Assembly: GCA_041158505.1 (NCBI GenBank)
Contig: JBEBBG010000010.1
Coordinates: 1-54,779, forward strand
From: Candidatus Parcubacteria bacterium
GTDB lineage: Bacteria; Patescibacteriota; Minisyncoccia; Phycocordibacterales; JAACPR01
DNA length: 54,779 nucleotides
Direction: 5' to 3'
Shown: positions 17,054-25,627 of the stretch, piece by piece
Numbering within the stretch: the stretch's first letter is position 1
Layout: every line of letters starts with the position of its first letter
The notes under the pieces: model-generated
What the model was told of the DNA's origin: nothing
The model's database searches: none
What the model saw: the letters and a program-made list of their open reading frames with translations, nothing else
Program-made: the position numbers and the translations under genes

Positions 17054-17623
17054 TTAAACGGCAAAGATGGCACGCTTTCGCCAGTACTGACGAAACGTTG
17101 CCAAGTCTACAAAAATACTCTTCTGCAACCCTGTCCGACTGTCTGGATCATTATAGTAAAAACCTTCAAGGCCCGTATCATCTTCAGCAAAACCAGTAAG
17201 GACAACCAGGTGCGAACTTGTAGGGGTACGGAAACCAGGCCCCATTGAAACAATGACGGGCTTCCCTTTGTGGAGCACATTCGCAATTTTGCTAATGCCA
17301 TTTCGAACGAGTTGTGGCTCGTACGCGCTTGGACGCATACGTTTCGTAACGGTATCAAGGTGCATACTTCGAAATTCTTCTCGGTACGCATGCACACCAT
17401 GATTATGAAACAAATTGACGAGCGCGTCGTGTGCCCAACCGTCCTTGGTGTACCCATTCATGATAACCGCCTCCTCAATGAGTTCATCAACGGTGCAGCC
17501 ATGTTCTGGGCGCAAATAGTCAAGCACCATTTTAACGCACGCGACGCCACACGCACGTGGTTGCCACGCGGCTTCACAGACGTGGTCAAATTGAGAACAG
17601 TATGGTACGTCGAGGGTGTGCAT
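17054..17623 (-). CDS. Peptidase C39-like (PF13529-type) cysteine peptidase domain protein, no signal peptide
   Basis: LDVPYCSQ...PRACGVACVKMVLDYL supplies the Cys, SHLVVLTGF the His, and YYNDPD follows. Start was set at ATG 17623 (MHTLDVPY), which has TATACT 9 nt upstream. The tracked ORF begins at an upstream TTG. Confidence 0.75.
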   Translation of the reverse strand: MHTLDVPYCSQFDHVCEAAWQPRACGVACVKMVLDYLRPEHGCTVDELIEEAVIMNGYTKDGWAHDALVNLFHNHGVHAYREEFRSMHLDTVTKRMRPSAYEPQLVRNGISKIANVLHKGKPVIVSMGPGFRTPTSSHLVVLTGFAEDDTGLEGFYYNDPDSRTGLQKSIFVDLATFRQYWRKRAIFAV

Positions 17624-17649
17624 GATGCACCTAGTATACACCACCAATG

Positions 17650-19950
17650 CTACCGAACTTCAAATCCTGCTTCGATACACCTGTGAGTAACTGCATCCAT
17701 AGAGGTAGCGACTTCGGCATCTGTTAGTGTTCGCTCATGTGATTGAAAAACGAGTCGAAATGCGTACGATGTTCGATCTTCTTTTTGATACACATCAAAC
17801 AACCACAATCGCGCAAGGAGTGGTCCCGCATGCTCACGGATGAGCATCTCAACTGATTCGCCGGTAACTGTTTGCGGCACCCAGAGTGCAATATCTCGAA
17901 CAATAAATGGGTACACAGAGAATGGTTGGTATACAACTTGCCCACATGTCTGTAGCGATACATCTTCGTGAACAGATGGCACGTTAAGTACACACTCGGC
18001 AATGCCGCCCGCAGGCGTTGCAGTAAGAGAAAGCGCTGTCAGCATCTCAGCAACAAGCGCGTCGGCTTTCTTTCCAGAAATTCCAAGTGCAATGCGCAGC
18101 TCTTCGCCCGCTTCCGTGAAGACGCGCCCAATCTCAAAAACCCGCACACGGTCAATACCGAGCACATCGAGCAACTTATCATTATGGGCAAGCGTCTTTT
18201 GCATGCCGTCAGTAAGGTTGGTACGCAAAAAGGCTTTATCAGACGCAAGCGGCTTTTGCGCAGCAATCACTCCTGCTGCGGTAAAGGTAGATGTCATTAC
18301 TTCAGTAAAACCTGCCGCAACTAGAAGCGTGCGGATATGATTTAGGTATGCATACTCTGCATTTACCTCATAGCGCTGCGGTGTAGCAATTGGTTGCGGC
18401 ACGATATGCTCGTATCCATGCACACGGGCAATTTCTTCAATGATATCTTGTGGAATGCGCAAATCGAGTCGCTCATCAGGTACCGTAATCACATACCGAG
18501 ATTCACCGGCAGGTACCATTCGTCGATATCCTACAATGTGCTCAAAAATCTTACTTTCTGATAGACGCTCACGGACAACAGTGTTGCCTGCTTTTGAACT
18601 TGCATGAATTACTTCACCATTACCAATGTATATACCATTGTGATCAACTTTTTCTGGAATTGGTGTACCCTTCATAAAGGCAACTGTTGTCTCGTGGTAA
18701 TACTGTTTATCTTCACCAACTGAGCTTGCGCCAAGATTACAGAAAATAATATCTCCTGGAAGCAATTCCTCAGCTGTAATAGGCGTGCCCCACATATACT
18801 GATCAACAGAAACCCGTGGCACAGAAACACCAGCTTCTTTGTAGAGGTACGCAATGAGTGATGAGCAATCAAATTGTGCGGGCGCATCATACAGGACACT
18901 CGCACCGAGCTTGTAGGACGCAGCACTGACGAGCTCTTGCGCTTGCGCAACAACACGCTCATGCGGTTGTACCACCTCGTATGCAAAACCCAACTGAGCA
19001 AGCGTGGCAGTAATCGTGGCGTCATCATACGTAGTACCGAGGTAGTTGTTTACCTCGCGAAGTGCTACACCTGTTTTGTAGGTGCCGACTGGTCGTGGAT
19101 ACACGTCTACAGGTGCATAGTAAACTGTCTCCGGTGTCGACATGTACTGACTAACCAATGCAATAAAACGATGCATCGCCCTTTCTGCTAGTATTGGCGT
19201 AATTGCTCGCTCAAAGCGTTTTGATGCATCAGTACTAATACCAAGTGCAGTACTCGTTTGACGAATAGTCGACGCATCGAAGTGTGCGACCTCGAGCAGC
19301 ACGCGCGTCGTTGTCTCAGTCACAGCCGCTCGATTGCCTCCTTTAATACCTGCAATCGCAAGTACTCCTGCGCTGTCTGCAACAACAAGCTCACCACCCT
19401 GCAACGTTACCTCAACACCATCGAGCGTTGTGAGCTGCTCACCTGCAGTCGCGACACGAAGCACCAAATCACCACTTACCTTATCTGCATCAAAGATATG
19501 CAGCGGCTGCCCGACTTCAAACATAATGTAGTTTGCAATATCAACAGCCACATTAATGCTTCGCTGTCCGAGAACGGCAAGACGCTCTGCAAGTACTGAA
19601 GGTGTTGCGGTAATGCGCACGGCATCAATCTCGGCACTCACGTATCGAGTGACTCGAGTGTCAGTACACTGCACTGCGTGTCGTGCAGGCTGCATCTGTG
19701 GAAGCACAGGGGCTTCAGTATGCTGCACAGGCATTCGCGTCAGTACTCCGATTTCACGAGCGATGCCCTCATGGCACAAACAGTCGTGTGCACGATTTGG
19801 TTGCACATCAATATCAATTGCAAAATCATGAGCAACAGCAGTAATACCCTCAACCTCAAATGCTCGTGTATTGAGTAAAAGACCAAGCTCCCGCGGCTCT
19901 GGCAGCGGTGTTTTAAAGTATGTTTGCAACCAAGAATATGAGACGAGCAT
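17650..19950 (-). CDS. pheT: Phenylalanyl-tRNA synthetase beta subunit with inserted NlpC/P60 domain
   Basis: B1, B3_4, B5 (PDERLDLRIPQDIIEEIARVHGY), the beta core and the FDX-ACB C-terminus are recognisable. There is no N-terminal OB tRNA-binding domain. About 158 aa (aa 328-485) match NlpC/P60 (FDCSSLIAYLYKEAGVSVPR...PGDIIF...HNGIYIGNGEVIHAS). Confidence 0.92.
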   Translation of the reverse strand: MLVSYSWLQTYFKTPLPEPRELGLLLNTRAFEVEGITAVAHDFAIDIDVQPNRAHDCLCHEGIAREIGVLTRMPVQHTEAPVLPQMQPARHAVQCTDTRVTRYVSAEIDAVRITATPSVLAERLAVLGQRSINVAVDIANYIMFEVGQPLHIFDADKVSGDLVLRVATAGEQLTTLDGVEVTLQGGELVVADSAGVLAIAGIKGGNRAAVTETTTRVLLEVAHFDASTIRQTSTALGISTDASKRFERAITPILAERAMHRFIALVSQYMSTPETVYYAPVDVYPRPVGTYKTGVALREVNNYLGTTYDDATITATLAQLGFAYEVVQPHERVVAQAQELVSAASYKLGASVLYDAPAQFDCSSLIAYLYKEAGVSVPRVSVDQYMWGTPITAEELLPGDIIFCNLGASSVGEDKQYYHETTVAFMKGTPIPEKVDHNGIYIGNGEVIHASSKAGNTVVRERLSESKIFEHIVGYRRMVPAGESRYVITVPDERLDLRIPQDIIEEIARVHGYEHIVPQPIATPQRYEVNAEYAYLNHIRTLLVAAGFTEVMTSTFTAAGVIAAQKPLASDKAFLRTNLTDGMQKTLAHNDKLLDVLGIDRVRVFEIGRVFTEAGEELRIALGISGKKADALVAEMLTALSLTATPAGGIAECVLNVPSVHEDVSLQTCGQVVYQPFSVYPFIVRDIALWVPQTVTGESVEMLIREHAGPLLARLWLFDVYQKEDRTSYAFRLVFQSHERTLTDAEVATSMDAVTHRCIEAGFEVR

Positions 19951-19954
19951 AACG

Positions 19955-20686
19955 TTAAAATTGAGTACCTACGCGTAAATCTCCTGAATAAAAGTGACGG
20001 ATATCGTCAATACCAAAACGCAGCATTGCGATACGCTCCACACCGAGCCCAAATGCAAATCCTTGGAACTCGTTGGGATTAATACCGGCTTGCTCAAGCA
20101 CCTGTGGGTGTACCATACCAGCTCCTAAAATCTCGATCCATCCTGAGTGTGAGCATGTCGGACACCCGTCACCTTTGCAACGGAAGCAGCGGACATCGAT
20201 TTCGACACCTGGCTCTACGAACGGAAAGTAGCCCGGACGAAATTGCGTTTCTAAATCTGCACCAAAAATACGCTTAAGGAATGTATCGAGGTAGTACTTA
20301 AGGTTTGCCATCGTAACATCACGCCCGACCGCAAGTCCTTCAATTTGGTGGAATTGTACCTCGTGCGTTCTGTCTGTTGCCTCATGACGAAACACTTTAC
20401 CTGGCGCAACAATTTGAAACGGCGGCTGATGGTTTTTCATGTAGTGAACCTGCACTGGTGATGTGTGCGTACGCATTAGCTTTCCATTTGTAAGCCAAAA
20501 GGTATCTTGAGAATCACGAGCCGGGTGATCTTTAGGAATATTGAGTGCATCAAAGTTATGGTACTCATCTTCCATCTCTGTACCCATTGCGACCGAAAAG
20601 CCGAGTTCAGTAAAAACTCGAACAATATCTTCGATGGTCTGCGTCACCGGGTGGAGGTGGCCTTGCTGTTTCGTATCTACTGCCAT
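19955..20686 (-). CDS. pheS: Phenylalanyl-tRNA synthetase alpha subunit (short form, 243 aa)
   Basis: Class II motifs FRHEATDRTHEVQFHQIEG and GFAFGLGVERIAMLRFG. It lacks the usual N-terminal coiled-coil extension. Confidence 0.93.
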   Translation of the reverse strand: MAVDTKQQGHLHPVTQTIEDIVRVFTELGFSVAMGTEMEDEYHNFDALNIPKDHPARDSQDTFWLTNGKLMRTHTSPVQVHYMKNHQPPFQIVAPGKVFRHEATDRTHEVQFHQIEGLAVGRDVTMANLKYYLDTFLKRIFGADLETQFRPGYFPFVEPGVEIDVRCFRCKGDGCPTCSHSGWIEILGAGMVHPQVLEQAGINPNEFQGFAFGLGVERIAMLRFGIDDIRHFYSGDLRVGTQF

Positions 20687-20704
20687 AGCGTAGGGCTCAT
20701 TCTA

Positions 20705-21679
20705 TCAGAGTTCTGCTCGGTAGAGAGCTTCCCCGTCAAGCACGTATATGGTGTTACCAACAAGCCTAAATGTTGGCTCAGCACCTTCGTATATTGTCTG
20801 GAGATTCTGTCGAGATCGATCATCTGCCTCAACTGCAAAAATATGATTTTGCGTCTCTACAATAAACGCATCATTTCGACCAGGGTAAAAGGAGAAGCGT
20901 TCAATCTCGGTATCAAGTGAAACAAATGCCCTATCTCGACAACCACGAACATCACAAAGGAAGAACGGTGCTGAACCCGCTGCCCCCGCCCACGCAGCAT
21001 GAATATTACCCTCCTCAAGCCATGCCACCATTCGCCACTGTTCTTGGAGCTGCTCCTTTTCTGCAATATTTGGAATACCGAGCGCCGCAATGTAATCGGG
21101 GACTGCAAATGCCGGAGCTGTTGTTGCTACCTCAAGTGCATCATTAAATGGAAATGCAACAGGAATGAGCGGCGCTGTATCAAGTGTCGTCGTAGCTGTA
21201 AAAAGCTCGAGTGCTGTCGTATAGGCAGGATTTGGCAATGGTGTTGCCTTTCGCTTTGTTGATGTTGCCTGCTCTGGCACAGGAAGGGTCATGGCAATTT
21301 CTTCAAAGGGAATCTCAATTGGCAGCATCAGAATACGACCCTCGGTTACCAAGTTTGGGTAGACGTACAAGTCTTTGTACCACGGGAGGTAACCATCTTT
21401 CTCGACACGCACCGTGTACACTTGCTCAGACTCAAGGTTTTGGATGAGGGTGTTTCGAAGGATAGTGCCGTTACTCTCAAAAAATTCATCGTTAATGAAA
21501 ACGCGCGTTCCTGGAAGGTCGGCATAGATAAACACACCACCCGTTTCTACAAAAGAAAATTTTTCCCAACTAAACCGATATCCCGTTGAGTACGCAATCA
21601 AAAACGGTGCACCGATGAGAAAGATGAGCAAAAGCCCAAGCATCGATACGTTTCGTCTGCGTGCAGAAAGCGGTTTCAT
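20705..21679 (-). CDS. PEGA-domain membrane-anchored protein
   Basis: N-terminal TM (MLGLLLIFLIGAPFLIAY) and a PEGA-like strand pattern (IYADLPGTRVFINDEFF...YTVRVEKDGYLPW). Confidence 0.7.
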   Translation of the reverse strand: MKPLSARRRNVSMLGLLLIFLIGAPFLIAYSTGYRFSWEKFSFVETGGVFIYADLPGTRVFINDEFFESNGTILRNTLIQNLESEQVYTVRVEKDGYLPWYKDLYVYPNLVTEGRILMLPIEIPFEEIAMTLPVPEQATSTKRKATPLPNPAYTTALELFTATTTLDTAPLIPVAFPFNDALEVATTAPAFAVPDYIAALGIPNIAEKEQLQEQWRMVAWLEEGNIHAAWAGAAGSAPFFLCDVRGCRDRAFVSLDTEIERFSFYPGRNDAFIVETQNHIFAVEADDRSRQNLQTIYEGAEPTFRLVGNTIYVLDGEALYRAEL

Positions 21680-21694
21680 ACGTTCAGTATACCG

Positions 21695-23272
21695 CTACTT
21701 GCCGCGGTGTTTTGGAGTTACCCAGAATCCCATGTACTTACCCACCATGAGTCGCGTCTGCGCATCAAGCCCTGGAATTGCACCGAAGATAATAATGGTG
21801 AATGGAATCAAGAGCCACTGGAGCCCCATAATAATCCATCGCAGCGGCTTGCGCTTATAGTGCTGCGGCATCGCCGGTATAAGAGTAAATGCAATGACTG
21901 CAGAGAGAACGAGTCCCGCCATAGCGGCAATCATCAGGTTACGTGTCACAATCGGCAGATTGTACGAGAGGACGGTATCTCGAAATGCGGCACCGCCAAG
22001 GAGAATCGGAAACCATCCCAAGAGCAAAATCACCAACGGGTTTGTTGCCAACGACCAGAACCCCTCAATCTGAATGAATGCATGCTTTATCTTTTTCTTG
22101 AGTGGAATACCCTTATGTTTAATGAAGTTGAAGAGCATGTACGGAATGTTTTCGACACCCCAGCTCCAACGGCGATGCTGCTTATAAATATTAATCATCG
22201 TCTGCCAAAATGATGGCGCAAGGTTTGCATCCATTGATACTGGGTACGAAATCGGAACAACGCGGTAATTACCATCATGTGCAAAGAAAAGATTCCAGAA
22301 AATACGTGAGTCTTCAGACACCATGTTCTTCTGCCAGTAACCAATTTTATGTAGCACAACAAACGGTACTGAATGTGATGAAAATGTCGTAAGCTTTTCT
22401 GGACGCTCTTGCTGAATCATTTGCCAGAAGGTTGATGACATAGCGGCAACACGAGAAACTGCTGGCGCCTCCCAAATATTGTTGTTGTAGAGTGGTACTG
22501 GTTGGTACGATGCACGGTATCGATCCTCAGTTGTAAGGAAATGCCAAGTGAGGCACAGCAAGTACTGCTCCCACGCAACCGTGTCGATATCAAATGCAGA
22601 CACGAGCACATTCTCATACGGAAGATTGTACGCGTCGAGCACTTTGATCCGTGCTTGCTCAGCAGCATATGAAATATTTGAACCCTTTCCTGGCATTTCT
22701 CCAGGAACATCTGCTGGGTGTCTCGTAACAATGAAGTGTCCGAACTTGTCTTTATACAGACGCTGCATTTCGAGAGCCAACTGGTATGGTTCATCTCCCG
22801 CTCGCTCCTCTCCTGCTAGCACCATGATGATTTTTGAAGCATCGTACTTTGTTTTGAGCAACGAAACGATACTCTCCTCAACAACATCACGCCCTTCTTT
22901 GTAGAATGGCAAGATAATCATGTGGTAGAGGTGGCTGTACTCAATACCCTCAAGCTGTGCAGCCCAATCTACCTTGATGTTGTGAAGCAAGCGCTTCCAA
23001 TTGTGGCGATGGTGCAACGACAAGTGAACGGTTTTGAGCAACCAGTACAAATCAAACGCAATAACAAAGAAAGCCGCCCATACAGGCTTAATGAATGAGA
23101 GGACGATGATGAGCAAAATCGTACCCCATGCGAGCGCGCCCGGCAGTATCTCGAGCATTCGAAAGAGCCGACGATCTTTACCGGTGAGGTGAAAGGCGTG
23201 CCCAGTGCTAAATGCCGGTGTCTTGATGTACGCCTCATTGATACTCTCGTGCGCCGAATGGGATGCTTCCAT
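21695..23272 (-). CDS. Integral-membrane processive family-2 glycosyltransferase (cellulose/chitin-synthase-like)
   Basis: D, DxD-type (SAFDIDT), SEDSR (TED-like) and QHRRWSWG (QxxRW) motifs are flanked by multiple TM helices. Confidence 0.85.
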   Translation of the reverse strand: MEASHSAHESINEAYIKTPAFSTGHAFHLTGKDRRLFRMLEILPGALAWGTILLIIVLSFIKPVWAAFFVIAFDLYWLLKTVHLSLHHRHNWKRLLHNIKVDWAAQLEGIEYSHLYHMIILPFYKEGRDVVEESIVSLLKTKYDASKIIMVLAGEERAGDEPYQLALEMQRLYKDKFGHFIVTRHPADVPGEMPGKGSNISYAAEQARIKVLDAYNLPYENVLVSAFDIDTVAWEQYLLCLTWHFLTTEDRYRASYQPVPLYNNNIWEAPAVSRVAAMSSTFWQMIQQERPEKLTTFSSHSVPFVVLHKIGYWQKNMVSEDSRIFWNLFFAHDGNYRVVPISYPVSMDANLAPSFWQTMINIYKQHRRWSWGVENIPYMLFNFIKHKGIPLKKKIKHAFIQIEGFWSLATNPLVILLLGWFPILLGGAAFRDTVLSYNLPIVTRNLMIAAMAGLVLSAVIAFTLIPAMPQHYKRKPLRWIIMGLQWLLIPFTIIIFGAIPGLDAQTRLMVGKYMGFWVTPKHRGK

Positions 23273-23279
23273 AAAACTT

Positions 23280-23355
23280 TGGAGCCACTTGTCAGGCTCG
23301 AACTGACGACCTGCTGTTTACAAAACAGCTGCTCTACCAACTGAGCTAAAGTGGC
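23280..23355 (-). tRNA. tRNA-Thr (anticodon TGT), CCA encoded
   Basis: The reverse complement gives acceptor GCCACTT/AAGTGGC. D-arm GCTC-AGTTGGTA-GAGC. Anticodon stem GCTGT/ACAGC with loop TTTGTAA. T-arm GTCAG-TTCGAGC-CTGAC. Ends in TCCA. Confidence 0.92.
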
Positions 23356-23368
23356 GTTGGTACTCTTC

Positions 23369-23743
23369 CTACAATCGAAGCTGCTTTTCGTACGCTCGAA
23401 CTGATTCGAGGTGCGCGGCTACGGTGTCTTTCATCTGACCGTTGCTTTTACGCTGGGCGGCATTTACAGCTTTAAGCGTCTGCTTGAGCGCCCACGCCCA
23501 GACTACCACAAGTGCGTGCAAAATAAATACTGGCACATTGTGAAGCTCGTGCATGGCCGCCGCGCGTGCCCTCCGGGCCGCGCGGCGGCCAACAGCAATG
23601 AAACGAACTACCCGTGCATCCGCGGCATCACGAGCGCGTGCAGGCACAATGTCTCGCCCTATTGTTCGCTCAAATAATCGAAGCGATACCATCGCGACAA
23701 GCGCTACACCGGACACAATACACGCTGCTGCTGCAAATGACAT
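23369..23743 (-). CDS. Hypothetical small membrane protein (Arg/Ala-rich)
   Basis: 124-aa ORF starting at ATG 23743 with two hydrophobic segments. It lies directly downstream of tsf. Confidence 0.55.
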   Translation of the reverse strand: MSFAAAACIVSGVALVAMVSLRLFERTIGRDIVPARARDAADARVVRFIAVGRRAARRARAAAMHELHNVPVFILHALVVVWAWALKQTLKAVNAAQRKSNGQMKDTVAAHLESVRAYEKQLRL

Positions 23744-23751
23744 GGTAGAAC

Positions 23752-24339
23752 TTATTCTACCACCGAGAAGCGGGCGATGCGACCGACTTCGATGCGCTCA
23801 CCAAGCTTCTGGGTTCCCTCCTGCAAGAGCACCTCAATTGTCTTTGACGGATCTTTGATGAACTCTTGGTTGAGGAGGACCTTCTCCTTGAAGTAGTTTG
23901 CAAGCTTTCCTTCGAGGATTTTTGCCTGCATCTCTGCTGGCTTATCTACAATCTCAGCCTGAAACACTTCAGTCGCCTTTTGCTTTGCTACTTCATCAAT
24001 TTCGGTTGCACGAACGTATGTTGGCGCAGTTGCCGCAACCTGCATCGCAATATCACGAGCAAGTGTCTGGAATGTTTCATTCTTTGACACAAAGTCAGTC
24101 TCACAAAGCAACTCTACCATTGCCCCTACCGCACCAGCACCGTGAATGTATGAAGCAACGGTACCAGCGCCGAGGTCTCGATCAGCTTTCTTTGAAGCCG
24201 CTTTTGATGAGAGCTTCTGGAGGATGATACGAGCTTTATCCATATCACCATCTGCTTCTTCGAGTGCTTGCTTGCACTGCATTACAGAAACACCGGTTGA
24301 TTCCCGAAGTTCCTTAATTTGCTCGGTAGTAACTGCCAT
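23752..24339 (-). CDS. tsf: Elongation factor Ts (short form)
   Basis: UBA-like N-terminus ITTEQIKELRESTGVSVMQCKQALEEADGDMDKA. Conserved rpsB-tsf order. Confidence 0.92.
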   Translation of the reverse strand: MAVTTEQIKELRESTGVSVMQCKQALEEADGDMDKARIILQKLSSKAASKKADRDLGAGTVASYIHGAGAVGAMVELLCETDFVSKNETFQTLARDIAMQVAATAPTYVRATEIDEVAKQKATEVFQAEIVDKPAEMQAKILEGKLANYFKEKVLLNQEFIKDPSKTIEVLLQEGTQKLGERIEVGRIARFSVVE

Positions 24340-24369
24340 AGTATGAACTAGTTATGTGAGTAATACAGC

Positions 24370-25095
24370 TTATGCTGTAGATTTTGTAGCCTTTCGTTTT
24401 GCTCCTGCTTGGTATGCCGCAACAATCTCTGCGAGTACGTATGAGATGCTGTGGACACCGTTGTCGTTTGCAAGAATCGGGTACGTCACCTTAGTGATAT
24501 CACAGTCTGAGCTTGAGAGTGAGACAATTGGAAGCTTTTCGTTGACTGCTTCTGCGGTTGCGTTATCTTCTTGCTTTACATCAACAATAAAGACAGCGCC
24601 AGGTCGTGTCTTCATGTTAACAATACCACCAAATCGCTCCTTGAGCTTTTCGATTTCTCGATCAATGAGGAGTCGCTCCTTCTTGGTGTACTTTGCAAGA
24701 AGTCCCTTCTCTTTTTCCATAAGCAACTTCTCGAGTCGCTGTACGCGCTTCTGAATTTGCTCAAAGTTGGTAAGCGTTCCTCCAATCCATCGTCCTGAAA
24801 CGTATGGCTGGTCGATTTTTACTGCAGCATCCTTGAGTACGCTCATTGCTTCTCGCTTACCAGAAACAAAAAGAATCTGCTTACCCTGAGCCGCAATCTC
24901 CTCAACAAACTGCTTTGCAGCATCGAGGAGTCCACTGGTCTTTTCTAAATCAAAAATCTCGATGCGGTTCTTTGCACCAAAGATGTAGTCTGAGGTTGAT
25001 GGGTGTCGGCGTGATTTTGTGTAGCCGAAGTGCGCTCCGACCTTAAACATCGCCTCTACCGCCTCTTTATTAATGGTTGTCTCTTTTGTCGTCAT
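24370..25095 (-). CDS. rpsB: 30S ribosomal protein S2
   Basis: MFKVGAHFGYTKSRRHP..., IFVDVKQEDNAT..., typical S2 length. Confidence 0.95.
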   Translation of the reverse strand: MTTKETTINKEAVEAMFKVGAHFGYTKSRRHPSTSDYIFGAKNRIEIFDLEKTSGLLDAAKQFVEEIAAQGKQILFVSGKREAMSVLKDAAVKIDQPYVSGRWIGGTLTNFEQIQKRVQRLEKLLMEKEKGLLAKYTKKERLLIDREIEKLKERFGGIVNMKTRPGAVFIVDVKQEDNATAEAVNEKLPIVSLSSSDCDITKVTYPILANDNGVHSISYVLAEIVAAYQAGAKRKATKSTA

Positions 25096-25104
25096 GTAGG
25101 CAGG

Positions 25105-25133
25105 AGTTTACCAGAAATGGCTATTTGTGGCAA
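25105..25133 (-). promoter_or_regulatory. rpsB promoter TTGCCA-17-(TGg)TAAACT, 9 nt before ATG (leaderless-type)
   Basis: On the minus strand the -35 TTGCCA lies at 25133-25128 and the -10 TAAACT at 25110-25105, preceded by TGG. Nine nt then lead to ATG 25095. Confidence 0.55.
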
Positions 25134-25160
25134 GACGCTTTACACGGCCTGCCCGTTTAA

Positions 25161-25188
25161 TTGACTTTTGTGTTAAATGTGTTATAAT
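25161..25188 (+). promoter_or_regulatory. Strong promoter TTGACT-16-(TGt)TATAAT for the 98-aa ORF
   Basis: TTGACT at 25161-25166 and an extended -10 TGTTATAAT ending at 25188. The predicted leader to ATG 25239 is about 44 nt. Confidence 0.55.
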
Positions 25189-25238
25189 ATAAAACAAAGG
25201 ATCGGTGAGGATAACATCCCCTCGCCCCTGACAAAACC

Positions 25239-25535
25239 ATGGCAAATCAAGAAACGGCCACCCCGCCGAAAGTGGGCGCTCTCGAGCATGCACGCATGCT
25301 CCTCGAGCGCGAAAAGGAGATTCGGCAAGCACACAAGCCTGCCGAAGATTGGGTTGCAGCAATCGCCCGACCCTACGGACACGAGTACTACGTACTCGCA
25401 TTCGTCAAACCAGAATGCACCCTTCAAGCCGGAGGTGCCATTCACAGCTTTGCTCAGCTGTACGACCAAGGCGTCCTGGGTGGAACCCTGATGGTTGAGC
25501 AGCCACTGGGCAAAATGTTTTGGCACTGGGCGTAA
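25239..25535 (+). CDS. Hypothetical 98-aa protein
   Basis: A stand-alone plus-strand ORF bracketed by a strong promoter and an intrinsic terminator. No recognisable motif. Confidence 0.6.
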   Translation: MANQETATPPKVGALEHARMLLEREKEIRQAHKPAEDWVAAIARPYGHEYYVLAFVKPECTLQAGGAIHSFAQLYDQGVLGGTLMVEQPLGKMFWHWA

Positions 25536-25556
25536 GCGCCCTCGTGTCGTACCAAC

Positions 25557-25600
25557 ACACCCCGTCCCTCAATCGAAAGAAAGAGGACGGGGTGTTTTAC
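25557..25600 (+). terminator. Rho-independent terminator
   Basis: Stem acaccccgtcc(c)tc / gaggacggggtgt followed by tttactttt. Confidence 0.7.
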
Positions 25601-25627
25601 TTTTAGAAATAAAAAGTGGCGCAGGCT

